From the NCBI RefSeq assembly GCF_016432865.1, contig NC_067401.1, positions 393,700,001 through 393,764,000 on the forward strand: DNA of 64,000 nt, read 5' to 3'. Positions 48,411 to 61,828 of this stretch are shown here, piece by piece. The stretch comes from Antechinus flavipes (Eukaryota). The position numbers were made by a program, and so were the translations under genes. The first letter of the stretch is position 1. Each line of letters begins with the position of its first letter. The notes under the pieces were generated by a model. It was not told the DNA's origin, searched no databases, and saw only the letters and a list, made by a program, of their open reading frames with translations.

Positions 48411-48759
48411 TAAGATGCAAAGTGATCTTTTATTTGTTTTTTGATCTTGTTAATGAATCATTTATAATACATATGTTGATTTTCTTCTGTAAAATATGGA
48501 AATTTTTAAAAGTGATTTTTAATAGTTGGTTTCAAAGAGCATTTGTAATTGATATTTAGTATGAAAAATGACTCATAAGAAGTGAATCCTATTAAGAAAG
48601 TAAAATAAGCTAAGGTTTTGTTTTTACTTTTCAAATAGGACAAGTGAATATAACTTTCTCATATAGAAATCTTAATTCCAGCTCAGGCATTTTAGCAGTC
48701 ATGTATGCATCACTTAACTCTTTCCTCAGGAAGAGGATATTCTACTTCAATGGAGGCAT

Positions 48760-48990
48760 AATAGGATAGAGAAAAGAGGCTTGGTTTGAATTCTGAAAGA
48801 TCTGGGTTCAAGTTCTGCTTTTTACATATTCTTGTTGTGTGACCATGGAGATGACACTTTACTTTTCAGTGACTAGGCAACTATCTAAGACTATAATATC
48901 TACACTTTATGGTATTTATCTATAATAATCTATAATAGTTACACACTGAAAGTTTCCTATATTAATGAAATGAAATGTGCATATGACCAC
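48760..48990 (+). mobile_element. MdoRep1/WALLSI4-type SINE
   Basis: CTGGGTTCAAGTTCTG B-box region; tail GAAAGTTTCCTATATTAATGAAAT. Confidence 0.6.
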
Positions 48991-50339
48991 ACCCTACAAA
49001 AATAAATAAGCTATTGATTTATTTGGAGAAGAGAAAATGTAGTCAATCTATCCCAAATTTTGATTTTTTTCCATAAAACAACTATTTGCAATATAGCTGA
49101 CTAATGTGAGCATGGAGATAACTTTTACTGCTGGTGCTTTTTAGATGTGTCTAATGACTCCATAGTACATGAAGAGAGGATAGAGAAAGAAACAAGCCTT
49201 TATTTAGAGTCTACTATGTGCCAGACACAGTACTAATCTGAATACTTGACAAATATCTTATTTAATCTACACAAAATAAAATGGAATTTGGAAATTGCTA
49301 AATTTAGTAATGTTAAATAAAATAATGTTTTTTAGGCCTGTTATGGTTCTTATTACTATTAATATATCAAATTATCAAGTTTTGCTTTGACTACTGCCCT
49401 GTCTTCTTTGTGTGCTATGGGAACTTAACTCAAGATATTTGAGATGGGAAAGATTCGTTTAGAAATTATTCATTAACCAAACATTCTCAGTCTACCTACT
49501 GAGTACTAAAAATGCTTGTTCTATTCATTTGTTTTGAATGTTGTATTTCTATTTAAAGTGGATAGCAAATGTTCATGAAAAAAATGCAATATATTCAGAA
49601 ATCTTTGGTAACCAAGTATATTATTGAAAACTAGGTGATGCAAATATTACAAGCCATTTTTGTTACAGCACATGGATGTTTTTGACTAAAGAAGAAGGAT
49701 CCTATACCTCCTTTCTAAGTGTTTTAAAGTATAACGATTTCTAAAAAGAAAACTATCATTTCAGGCTAATGTTACTACTACCATTTTATCTGTGATGATG
49801 TTTCTATGAGGTCCTAGATTTTGGGGAAAAAAACAGACACTTATGCATCTATGTCAATAATCCATGTATGGAATTTTGTTTTATTCTAGAAAGCAAAGCT
49901 ATGTCCATCAACAGTTCAAGAAGTCATAGGCTGATATTTCTACTTGAAATAGTGTATTTCATTTATAGGCCTTTGCTATTGTGAATACAGGAAAAAAAAA
50001 AAACAAAGCAAAAAAAAAAAATCCCAGAAAATGACAACATGACCACTGATAATTACATCTATGTTAAAACAGTTCCAGATACAGGCAAGCTTATTATGTA
50101 TCCCTGTTTGCTGACCTGGGTTTGACTTTACTAGAAAAGAAAAAAAATGAATAAAGAAGTAAAAACATTGAATAATTCAATTGCAATTTGTAAGATAGAT
50201 TTTTTTTTTTAACCAGCAGGATTTGTTTCCTTAAAATTAATCAAATATTTAATGTTAATTTATGAATACCTAGAAAACTTTAAAAGATATAAGCATATTT
50301 TAGGACCAAGAAGATGCTAAAAATATCTCCCCAGAAAAC

Positions 50340-51660
50340 CTGGCACATTAGAATTCTGCATCTTTAAGCTTCTTTACCTCTCTTAGGAATAACTGACCTC
50401 CAATCTCATGTCTCTAGCTGCCAATTAGACGTCTCGAACTGTATGTAATTATTAAATTATTATGTTGAAAATATCTCATTACTTTTTCCGTAAAATTCTT
50501 CCCTCTTCTCAAATTCTCTTTCACTATTGACTACATCACTAGCCTAATTATCCAGACTCTGAATCTTGGATTTCAGAGTCTACTCCTCATGCTTACTTTC
50601 TCCTACATATCTAATCTGTGACCAAGTCCTGTCATTTTCACAATTTCTACTGAACTAGCTATCAGTTTACCAATTGTAATAATCCATTTGTTGGTCCACT
50701 TGCCTCAAAATCTTCTCTAGTCCATATTATAGTTACATGGCAAAAATATTTACCTAAAGTCCCTATCTAACTATATTAGCACTTCCTTTTTTTCCTGTAA
50801 ACACCAATTGTAATGTCCAGGCTAGCTTTCTGGTGGTGCTCTGGACAGAACTTGGTCTCAGCAGGATAGTCACCATGAGAATAGTCAGGAAGAGAGTCTA
50901 GTCTTTATTGTCTCCCTCACAGTCTGTTCTCTCTGTGTCCCCAGTTCTCTCAGCTCTTAACTACCCTATTACAATTACATTATTACATCATATTGAGTAC
51001 GTGTGAATTAGAGTGATTATATCATTATATCAAACTAGAGTGATTATATCATTATATTATACTAGATATATATGAACTAGAGAACCATTTTCTCATCAAT
51101 TCCACTGATTTAACACCTTGTTGTAAGTATCCTTATTTTAAGTATACTTCTCCAGAGGCTCTGGCTCTCTACAACCAGTGGCCCCTATTATATTCAGAAT
51201 CAAATATAGAGTTCTCTGTTTAGCTTTTAAAATCTTTAACAACTGGGTGCCTTTCTACCTTTCTAGTTTTCTTACACTTTACTCTTTTCCATTCAGTCTA
51301 TTTCAGTGTCTCCAGTTGCTTTGCTTTCCCCTACGAATGTCACTTCATCTCTCAGTTCCATTTATTTTCCTGCCCCCCTTGTCTGGACTGCTCTCCCTTT
51401 TTTCTTACTCTTGGATGTCCCAATTTCTTTCAAGATTCCGCTGAAAAGGTATCTTTTGCAAGATGATTTTACCACTCTATTCATTTACCCTCCTATCCAT
51501 CTTGTTACTTCAAGTGTACCCTGCATCTATTTTATGTTACATAGTTGTTTACATGTAATATCCCCCTACCCTGTTAGATTGGGAAATCCTTGAGTACAGG
51601 AAATTTGTCCTTCTATTTTGCTTTGTTTTTCTGTTTTCTCTTTCTTTGTATCCTCAGTCA
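50340..51660 (+). mobile_element. L2 3' region interrupted by a solo LTR
   Basis: ATCTGTGACCAAGTCCTGTCA...CAAATATAGAGTTCTCTGTTTAGC...CCTTGAGTACAGG. Confidence 0.8.
50809..51173 (-). mobile_element. Solo LTR with 6-bp near-TSD
   Basis: TGTA...TACA termini; ACCAAT (50803-08) / ACCAGT (51174-79); AATAAA on minus strand near 50905; internal 22-bp duplication at 51009-30 and 51036-57. Confidence 0.85.
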
Positions 51661-52926
51661 GTCAGTAAATTTTTATGAAAATGTACTGTTTGACAGACAA
51701 CACGATTAGCACTGGGGATACGAATAAAGGCAAAAGACTGAGGAGACATGCAGGGAGCTACAATATGTGGTCAACTATCCAGAAACACTTAAATTCTTGT
51801 TATTGTTTAAATAGGAAATAGAAAATACATAACTAATAATTTATAAAATAATATTTGTTAAAATAAAGTATAACATAACTATATATCATTAACTTTGAAA
51901 GGCAGCTGATACTATGAATTAAAAGTGAAGAATTCTAGAGCAAGAAAAATGCTCTGTCTGGAGTAGGCACCTAATGAATATTTATTCAGTTTTGTTTGAA
52001 TTGAATCAATGGATGTGGAGCTATTTCAGGAATCCCATGAGATTTTTGAGCTGAAAAGGCCCTCAATGGGCATCTAATTCATACTAAACCTCAAAGTTTT
52101 ATGTAGAAGAAACAAAGTTTAAGAGGATATAAAGATGTAGGTTTAATAACTGTTGTCAAGTATGTGAAAGTTCAGGAGATAATGAGTTTGCTCCACTGGT
52201 TCCAGGGAGTTGAATCAGGATAAACAGCTGGTGTCAAAGAGAAGTAGATTTATATAATTCTTTCTACAAGCAAAACTTTTTCAATAATTAGATTTTCTCA
52301 AAGAGAAATCGTTTACTTCTGAGGAATTTCCATTCATTAGAGATCTCCATACAAAAGCTGTATGGTCAATTATTTAGAATATTTTAAAAGGGATTCCTAT
52401 TCAAGCCTTGGCTGAACTAGATGACTTTTGAAGTCTCTTTGAGAGTATGTGATTCTACATTTAGAAAACTATAGAATTGATATTCTGGATTTCATTCCAC
52501 CAGCTGAAAAATTAGCATAACATTTGTAAGCATAACATTGTGTTCTTTATTTTTATTTGCCCATAGCTACTGATTGTAGAAGTTTCTGAAGGACAGTTAT
52601 TGGTATGCAAAATACTCTCTTGTTCATGAACTGAAGTTTTCTGATTCAGCTGCTGAGCAAATAGCCCTTTGCAAATAGATATAGTAAAAAAAAAAAAAAA
52701 AAAAAGATATCCCTTCCACAATGATTAAGAGGCATGTTATATATTTTTTTTTTCTATGTCATGCATCACCCATAATGATTGTCACAGAGTGGATGGAAAT
52801 TTCAGACATTTGGATTTCCACTATGTGTTGGAATCTTTACAAACTGTTAAGTCATTAGAGTTGAAAGAGACAATAATTATCTAATTTAGCATGGTTCAGT
52901 ATCATTGATCTGATCTTACAAGGAGA

Positions 52927-53550
52927 TGTTTGGGGCCAGAACCTGAAACAAGGTACTAAGTAGAACTAATTGATACAATGCTTGTGTTCACACCTTTAGA
53001 GAGCTCATATAAGCAAGAAGTATTTAAGTACTTATTGGAGTTCACAAGTATGGGAGATTCACAAAGTAAACTTTGAAACTTTGTGAATTCACACCTCCCT
53101 TAGGTGTGCCTCCAGAAGGAGGAATCAACACTTTGGGAGATCATATATAAAGAGGCTCTTAGCTTTGGGTTAGTTAGTTACTTCGGGTTAGAGAGAGTTA
53201 CTTTGGAACATTGACTGGGGTTGGAGAGGAGCACTCTGGGAGGAAGCCCATAAGCCCTCTCTCCGAGGCAAGAGAGATTCATTCCATTTTCCACTTGGCT
53301 GGCTGGAGGCTGAAGAAAGCAGAGGCAGAAGCAAAAGACAGTCTGCAGCAGAGATATAGGCCTCAACTAACTGGGCTGTTTTGGAAGGAGAAAATAAACG
53401 TTTGCATTTTTATCAGCTGGCTGCATTTTGGATGATTATTACTCTTAACTGAAACTAAGGCTGCCTCCAGAAAACCTCCCTGAGAAACCTGTTTTCTCCC
53501 AGAGAGAACCATCTATGTATTTTATTATTTTAAAGAAAAAGAATACCACA
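52927..53550 (+). mobile_element. Solo ERV LTR, sense to KCNT2
   Basis: TG...CA; TATATAA at 53144-50; AATAAA at 53393-98; TSD not recognisable. Confidence 0.8.
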
Positions 53551-54293
53551 ATTATGTTCAGTGATTATCAGTATTAAAAAAATTGATGCAGGAAAACCAA
53601 ATCAAACCAAACCAAATCAGCTTTAAAAAAAAAAAAGAAAAGAAAAGAAAACAGTTCAAAAGGTATCTGGAATTCTGAAGCAATAACACAAGTTTTCCTT
53701 TAAATCTTTTGATACCTTCAAAACCAACCTAAGCATACCTAATTCATTCAAATGGAAGCCCTTCATCATCTTAGATACTCTCCTTTGTATTTTCTTCATA
53801 TTATCATTACCCTCTGCATGCTTCCTAGAGAACTCACGTGATTAGATTGTGTAGTTAAATCTTCATATCTGATTTTTTGTACTACATTAATATTTCATCA
53901 TATTGACTTATCACGTAACTATTTCCTAATCAAACCATTTCTTTATTGGGTGAGTTATTTTCCATTCCATTCCATTCCATAGAATTCCATCTAATTCAGG
54001 GAAAGATTAGTTAGGTGACTACTTTGTTTATCATTGAGGGAATTTTTTTTTTTTCAGTTTATGTAGGGTTAGATGACTACTAACATTTCTTCCCACTCTG
54101 AATTCTTATCATATGAGTAGATTGAGTCCACAAAGAAAAAAATACTTCCACAAATTAATATGTAGATTCAAAAAGAATTCCAATCAAAATTATTTTTGTA
54201 ACTTTATAGAATTAGGTAAATTGATGATACTTATGTGAAGGAATAAAAAAGACAAAAATATAAAAAAGGGATTATAAAGAAAAAGACAAGAAT

Positions 54294-54460
54294 GGGACAG
54301 CTAGGTGGTACAGTGGATAGGGCACTAGCCCTGGAGTCAGGAGGACCTGAGTTCAAATGTGGTCTCAGACACTTAACACTTCCTAGCTATGTGACCCTTG
54401 GCAAGTCACTTAACCCCAATTGCCTCAGCAAAAGAAAAAAGAAAAAAAAAAAGAAAAGAA
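54294..54460 (+). mobile_element. WSINE1 with long A-rich tail
   Basis: Close to consensus; near-TSD AAGA(C/A)AAGAAT; source of ORF 54292..54486. Confidence 0.93.
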
Positions 54461-57402
54461 TTGTAATGTCATATCTCAAGTCATAAAGTAGACATTTAAC
54501 AAAATTATCTAATTCTCATAAAGATGAAACATTTAATTAATGGTTTAAAGGAATAATATATAGCATACATTTCTATGATATTGGTCGACTATTGGTAGGG
54601 TAATATAATGTATAGAATAAAATATAATGTATAGAATAAACATATATACTTGTATAATTGATATTGACTTATTGTTGATAGGATAATATAATATAATATA
54701 CATACAATCATACACATATTATATTGGCTTACTGTTCATAGGATGGGTGCTCTAAGTTATTTTTCCCATGAAAATAATGAAATTTTGCTAATCCATCTTT
54801 ACTTTCACTAGGTCCCCTTTTGAACTAATAATACACATTTAACAGACAGCTGGCTTAGTATCTGGCTGTGAAATAAAGCCAAGTACACTGGTGCAAATGG
54901 GGATCAAGCACATGACTTTGGCTTATTATAAATGTTCACTGAATAGAAGAGAATAAAATTAAAAAAAAAAAGATTTAACCATACATTCTAAGCAATTGAG
55001 TTCTCTGGCAGAAGATTCTTATAGCTGGTATACAAATAAAAACCCAGCAAATTATTCAACGAACTCATTATTGCAGGTGTTTTGTCCCTTTATTTTCTAT
55101 ATTTTATGTATATTTTCATGAATTCAGCACTCTTTATGTAATTATTATTCATGATTATGTGATTTACATCACTCATTTTAGAGATTTGTATTTTATATTT
55201 TAGTCCAAATTTAATACCTGAATAAATATACCAATGTCCTGCTGAGACAGAAACTAAATTCACCCAACTATTTTCTTAAAGTTTATTCTACTTAGAAGTG
55301 ATTAATGCTCCCTGTTCAAGTTTATTTGAGACTTTCTTGGTAGGTGTTCACTTATTAGTGAGCATTTGAAGTGGATCATTGAAGGACAGTCATTAGTATG
55401 CAAAGAACTTGCTACTGATTCAGTTGTTAGGCAAGTAGACCTTTGAGATTATTTACAGAGAGAAGATAGGCACTATTGATTGAAGCAGGTAGATTAATAT
55501 ACAAAAATGGCATTTTTCATCAAGTCTGCAAGAATGCACAGTTCATGGTGTTATAATATAATTTTATACCGGCAATGAATGACAGTCACAAAGAAGCTTT
55601 GAAACAGATGCTATAAAAATTGCTGACTAAGGCTAGATTTATATATTATTTATTAAAGTAGAAATATGGACAGTGAATTAACTGGATAATTGAGGAAAAA
55701 TAAATATCTTTTGGCCTCAGCTAGCACTCCAGGCAAAGATAGTGTTGAGAGGGCTGATTTAACTGAAAAATAACTATAAAGAACTGGCCTAAAGTTATTT
55801 CTGCTGATCTTCGTGGTTGTGATTGACGAATTCCATTCTTTTAAGAAGAACCATGCATAACCTATATCTTATGAATGAGAGCAGAGTTATTTCAGGCAAA
55901 ACTTCTTAGCTTAGGGTTGAAAGGGTATTATTTGCAAGTTTTATCTTCATTTATTCATCTGTGGATGTGAATTAGAAACCCATAGGAATATGTATATTAT
56001 GGTATTTTTTACTTTATGGTGGCTTAATTAAGGTGGGTTTATTTCAATGCTTCATAGATTTTTTATTTTATTAAGACAGATATTCCTATCAGGTTTTTTT
56101 TTATGACAGTAAAATGAAAGAGAGAAGAAAATGCCAAGTCACTCCAAGATCTTTGCCAATAAAATCCCACATGCATGAGAGTTGGACTCAACTAAAAATG
56201 TTGAACAACATCCCGCAGTTAGTCTTCAAGAATTACTATTATGGAAAACATTTTCATTTTGTATTCAATATAATGATGATTCTTTGAACTTAACTAAGAC
56301 CATATGTATAATAAATAACAATAAATAATAATTATAATAATAACATTTATATAGTTCTTTTGGATTTGCAAAGTAATTTAAAATATTATTTGATTTTATC
56401 TTTACAAAATGCTTAGAGATCAGATCTATTATAATTTCTATTTTACAGTTGAGAAAACTGAGGTAAACACTTAAAATGAGTTAAAATTTGAAAGTTGTCA
56501 ATAGACATAATCAAAGTATTTCCAGTTTGTTTGGGTCTTCTACATTGCCATTACCTTTGGAAACTGGGATCATCTCAATGCCACACCATTGTTCTTGTTT
56601 TCCTAAAGCCTCTTATATATTCATAATAACTTATGCAGGAACCAGGCCTATAGACTCTAGGAGACTATCAAAGTCCAGCTAGGACTCATATCAATAAAAA
56701 CTAGGCCAAATTAAGTTATTATGAAAATCAGACCTTTTTCCCACTTCCATTTTCCTTCTTTTGCTACATTTAATTAAAATGCTCAGAGATACCAAAACAA
56801 ATGCTACTTTCACTTTCACATCTATGATGCAGATGTACTAAATAATGCCTTGCTTCCTACTGATCACTCTCATAAAACTCCTTGAAGTGAGAAAAGTTAT
56901 TAAAACACTAAGGACACATGAATAAAGGCCCTCAGATGGTAAAGACATTGCAAAAATAGAAAGCAAAGTAGCTGAACCACATTGGAAATGGACAAGAATA
57001 GGCATGGTGACAGAGTACAGAAAGAATATTGTCATTGTCAATGACAGAAGGAAAAAAAAGCAGAAAAAAGTGAAAAGGTATTGCAGGTATGTGGAGGGAG
57101 AGGGCAGGTCAAAAAGAATAGTCCAGTCCTCGTAATTCTGCAAAAGTACTGCTATTGAGGGATTGCTAAATTGAATGACTAAGTGAATGGATGAAGTATA
57201 TGTTATCCTTACTACTCCAAAACCTTAACTAAAATTGATAAGTTTTTCTCTAGTGAGAATATAATTTCTCAACCTTAGTTGCCATTTAGTTCATTGCCTT
57301 TTTATTTAATAGCTAAAGAAAATAAAGCCAGGAAGACTTATGTGTACATCCTAAAATCACACAGTCTTGGATCCAGAGTTTGGATTCATTTATATAAACA
57401 TT

Positions 57403-57405
<3 letters not shown>

Positions 57406-57441
<36 letters not shown>
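57406..57441. repeat. (AC)18 microsatellite
   Basis: Direct reading. Confidence 0.97.
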
Positions 57442-57442
<1 letters not shown>

Positions 57443-57445
<3 letters not shown>

Positions 57446-57644
57446 TGGTCCTCGAAGTTTTGTTCTCAATATTTTTATCCTATTAAAAATGATTGAGGAT
57501 CTGTCCAAAGAGTTTTTGTTTATTTGGCTTATAGTTATAGATATTGATCACATTAAAAATAAAAATTAATTATGAATTTGTAGACTCTCTGAAAGGATTT
57601 CAGAGATTCCCAGGATGCCCTGGACTAGACTTTGAGAACCACTG
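57443..57644 (+). mobile_element. Charlie1/MER33-like hAT deletion derivative (MITE)
   Basis: TIR-like TAGTGGTCCTCGAAG ... CTTTGAGAACCACTG; internal TTAAAAATGATTGAGGATC...CAAAGAGTTTTTGTTTA resembles recalled Charlie1 5' end. Confidence 0.75.
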
Positions 57645-57646
<2 letters not shown>

Positions 57647-57693
<47 letters not shown>

Positions 57694-57718
57694 CACACAC
57701 ACACACATATATATATAT
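57647..57718. repeat. Compound (GT)22-AT-(AC)7-(AT)6 array
   Basis: Direct reading; 72 bp of unbroken purine-pyrimidine alternation. Confidence 0.97.
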
Positions 57719-58913
57719 TTCTTCAAAGGCCAATGTGTGAAAATAAGAAGACCTTGTAAGAGATGTAAGAGACCTCTTCTTTTCATGCTTTTTTACCTTA
57801 TATACGTTACTTAAATTTCTTTGAATATACTCTTGGACAACCAGATCAAGTGACAGTCTTAGGATGAGTTGATTTCTGGTTGATGTATCTCTTAAAAACA
57901 TAAATGGAAAAACACTAGTTCCTGTACTATGGAAGTTTTCAGATAGCCTTCCATGACATCTGCCACTTATAGATAAGATAACCAAAGTACATACTTGGTT
58001 CTCTTTTTCTTTGATCTTCCTAAATACCTTTTCTATAAACAACAATAAATCTTCATTCATTAGTATTCTCTCATTAGAGAGTCTGTTTATCACATAATTT
58101 TGTAGAAAACTATTTTTTAGTTTTTCTCCTCACCTTTCCATTGAATCCCCATACAAACAGAAATACTTTGGGAACACAATTCCTTATATTCAATCACCTT
58201 TCAATTTGATATCACTTTAATAAAAATCTACAAATATTCCTACTGAGGCTTTCCTTGTTCAAGAAGTCTAAATGTATTCTACCATCCTACCAAATTAAAA
58301 CAAACAAAAACTAAAAGTAATTGTTAACTTTTCTTCTTTAGTTCTCAAAATTTCCAGAGGGACATTTTTCATGGGAATAAAACATCTACCAAAATCTCTG
58401 AAAAGTTAATATTATTCCCTAAGTGTTTTTCCAGTATTGATTGGACCTGAGAAATACATCTGTCATAACATATATTAAGTTAAGCATGTTTCAGTTCCAT
58501 GGAAAAATAATTTATATTTAAAGCTTTTGAATGTGAATCAATATTATTTTGTTAAATCTTCTGAACCCAATTTATTTGTGTGTCTTATTTCTAATTAGCT
58601 ATGAAAATAAGATAAACAGATCAGAAAAATAAAACTTTCCTTAATAATATGCCTCTTGAAAGTGCTTCCTAGCAAATTAGGTAATTTCTTAGTTAATCTT
58701 TTTTTCTTCTTCCCATTTCTCCTCTAAAGATTATAGTGCTTATCTCAAATCTTTTCAGAATAATAACTCACCCACAGTAGAAGCAAAGTCTCTGATAATT
58801 AACTTCAATCACCTATATTCTCAAACTACTTGTTTCTCTATTGTGCAATGTCGTAAGATACTTTCCTAGAAATTATTAAAGGCAGTTTAATCCTAGGACT
58901 TAGGTTTCCCCCA

Positions 58914-58914
<1 letters not shown>

Positions 58915-58956
<42 letters not shown>
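58915..58956. repeat. (CA)21 microsatellite followed by AAAC/AAAAC repeats
   Basis: Direct reading. Confidence 0.95.
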
Positions 58957-58960
<4 letters not shown>

Positions 58961-59339
58961 AAACAAACAAAACAAAACAAAAACACTAGGAACATGAATC
59001 AGGCTATGTGTTGGGCAGCACCAAAAGTCAACTTGTTCCTGAGGATTTGACTTTTCATATCCACTTGAATATGGAGAAATTTTAATAGTAATTCTTTCAA
59101 GAAAATGGACATTACTGGAATCATAAGGTCATAGTTTATGATGTCTTTTCTTGACCATGTTAAGAAAATTACTATGTTACACTTATTCCACATATATCAT
59201 AGCTTAAAACAGCTATTTTCTTTTTGTAAGCAATGAAATGGAAATATATTCAAAAATGGGTAAAAAAAAAAAAGAGCTTAGAGATATTTGAAGTAGCAGA
59301 AGAAGAGTTAGGCTTATTCCATATGCTTTCAACTCTTCA

Positions 59340-59570
59340 GAACTAAGGACAATGTATGGAAGATAGAAAGAAGCAAATTGAAACTTGATATCAGGAAAAG
59401 CTTTCTAACAATGGAACTAATGATAAGGGAAGTAGGCTGCTTTCCCTTCCAAGTCTTTGAGAGGCAACAAATGACCTTATGTTGAATATGTGATAGTAAG
59501 CCTTCTATTTTCATTATTGGTTGGACTCTATGGCTAATGTAATCTTCCTAAAAGTCTTTGATTTTCTAAA
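59340..59570 (+). mobile_element. L3/CR1 3' end
   Basis: GAAACTTGATATCAGGAAAAGCTTTCTAACAAT...GGTTGGACTCTATGG. Confidence 0.7.
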
Positions 59571-60489
59571 GTTAAAAATTGGTTTTAGTGTGAACTAAAA
59601 TATTTATTGTTGCTGCTACTTACGCTTCTGGCTAGTGTGTTGTTTTTGGAATAAAGATGTTAAAGAAGGACAAGCCTTTGTCTCTTCCTAGATAAACAGA
59701 ATTAAAGTAATAAAACAAATATATAGAGTTTACAGAAATTGTGTTCTGATTAATTATATATTTGGTAATCAATGCATAAATTATTGGCCTTTAGGTAATA
59801 AGAATATAACAAAACAGCAGTAAAATCGGTGTTCACCTTTTAAATATTTTGTTTATTTTATTTATAATTAAGAAAATAAAGTTTTTGCATCCAGCATACT
59901 CTTCTAGCTACAGAATGTATAGGAAAAAAAAAGATTAGGTTGGGGGTAATAATAGATTACATTCTGAAGGCCTAAAATTTGAAAACTTCTCAGGTTACCA
60001 ATTTTTTGTAGTATGGTTTATCTTTGATTCATGTTTTCTGTGTAAAAAAAAACAAAACAAAACTAGCTCTAGATATCTGAGCTTTCCTTTTATGTTAAGG
60101 ATAATTACAACTATTTTATTTTGATATTAGAAAATATAAGGTTATAATTTTATTTTTATGGTTTTTTCAGTGCTTCTTTGTGGGATAGAGCAAGTTATGG
60201 CAATAAAGTATAAGTTTGGTCAAGTTTTTCTATTTTCTAAACTGTCAAGTATGTTCCTGGCAAGAGATTGTGTGTTTTTTTGGAAAGTCCATGCTAGCCA
60301 AACAAAATGAAGTTCATTTTTTGGTGATGAAGTTTTGGGCCAGGTCAACCTTTGGAACAACAACCCAAATTGTAAAATGATCTTCAGTTTTTTGCTTTCT
60401 CCTTCTGTTTTTGCCAATGATGGTTATAGAGTAGAGTGAAAAGGAGCAGGGTATGCCAACAAAAACTGTTTCTTGACCTTTTGTTCATA

Positions 60490-60865
60490 TTTAATTTTGC
60501 AATCCTGCAGCATTGATTTCCTGTTTTTTCTCACACATGACTGCCTCTCTTGATTCCTAAATGTTTTCACTGGCTGTCCTCCCTGCTTGGAATTCTTTCT
60601 CTTCTCATCTCTGTCTCCTGTTTTCCCTGACTTCTTTTAAGTCTCAGCTAATACATTGCCTTCTTCATGAGCCTTTTTAATTCTCTTTAATTTTAGTGCC
60701 TTCTCTCAGAGACTACTTCCACTTTATCCTCTATCTTATTTGTACAGAGTATTTTAATATTGTTTTTCCCATTAGATTGTGAGCTTCTTGGTGGCAGGTA
60801 ATGTTGGTTACCTATTTTTATATCCTCAGAACTTAGCACAATGCTTAGCATTTAGTAGGGACTTT
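60490..60865 (+). mobile_element. L2 3' end
   Basis: GATTGTGAGCTTCTTG...CAGAACTTAGCACAATGCTTAGCATTTAGTAGG. Confidence 0.75.
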
Positions 60866-61512
60866 GATTGATTAGCTATTGATATTTTAAAGGTGACATG
60901 TTTGTCCATTCATTCATTAATGAACATACACTGGAGGAACTAAATAATATCGCTCATGCCATTTTTACTACAAGACAAAATGAACATGTAAGTTAATGGA
61001 AGGAAAGATTATCTTTGGAGAAACAAATAAATGACTTTGCAGAATTGGTTTTATTTTGTGTAACAAGGCAAGAAAAAACATGGTTTTGTGGGTTATTTAA
61101 TTATTTCATAATGTAGCATTCATGACACATATTTGCAAAGAAAGAAAAAGAAGGGGAAAAAAGAGAAAAAAAAAGCTCTAAAAATAATTGCATTTTGTTA
61201 GATGTGCAAAAAATGTGTAATGAGATCACCTGCCCTGCTAGAGTGCCTAAATCTCTGTTTTTACTGGAACCATTGAAATAGATATCTCCATCTCCTTTCT
61301 ACCATGTTGAAAGAGATGCAGCTGATTGCTGTGGATTTCCTACTTAGGCCATGGAGAAACAAAATATGTAACAGCACACATCAACAATTCATATTAAGTA
61401 GCTTAACAAGAAGTCCAACTTTCACTGTTGAAGCATTGTGCAAAGGAACTTCTGCAGCCCTGTAATACTTGAGACTAAACATTTCTTTCACTTTTCCATA
61501 CTATTCAAGCTT

Positions 61513-61828
61513 TTTATTTTTTATTTTTATCTTTTTATTTTTCTTTATGAGGATGGCTACCCCTGCTTTTTTGACTTCACCTGAAGCATAATAGATTTTG
61601 CTCCAGCCTTTTACCTTTACTCTGTATGTATCTCCCTGTTTTAAATGTGTTTCCTGTAAACAACATATTGTAGGGTTCTGACTTTTGATCCAGTCTGCTA
61701 TCCACCTTCTCTTTATGGGAGAGATCATCCCATTCACGTTTACAGTTAAAATTACTAATTCTGTATTTCCTGACATCCTAATATCCCCAAATTATGCTTT
61801 TCTTTTTCTTGCCCTTCTTCGCTCCTTC
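61513..61828 (-). mobile_element. Young L1 fragment (inter-ORF spacer plus first ~76 codons of ORF2 endonuclease) with A-rich tail and 12-bp TSD
   Basis: ORF 61501..61776 MSGNTELVILTVNVNGMISPIKRR...ICCLQETHL...KKAGVAIL is the L1 EN N-terminus; TSD CTATTCAAGCTT at 61501-12 and 61829-40. Confidence 0.93.

Noticed and set aside
57566-58093. Longest ORF in the track (175 aa, minus strand)
   Set aside because: Spans a microsatellite (THTH) and a MITE; no recognisable domain or splice signals
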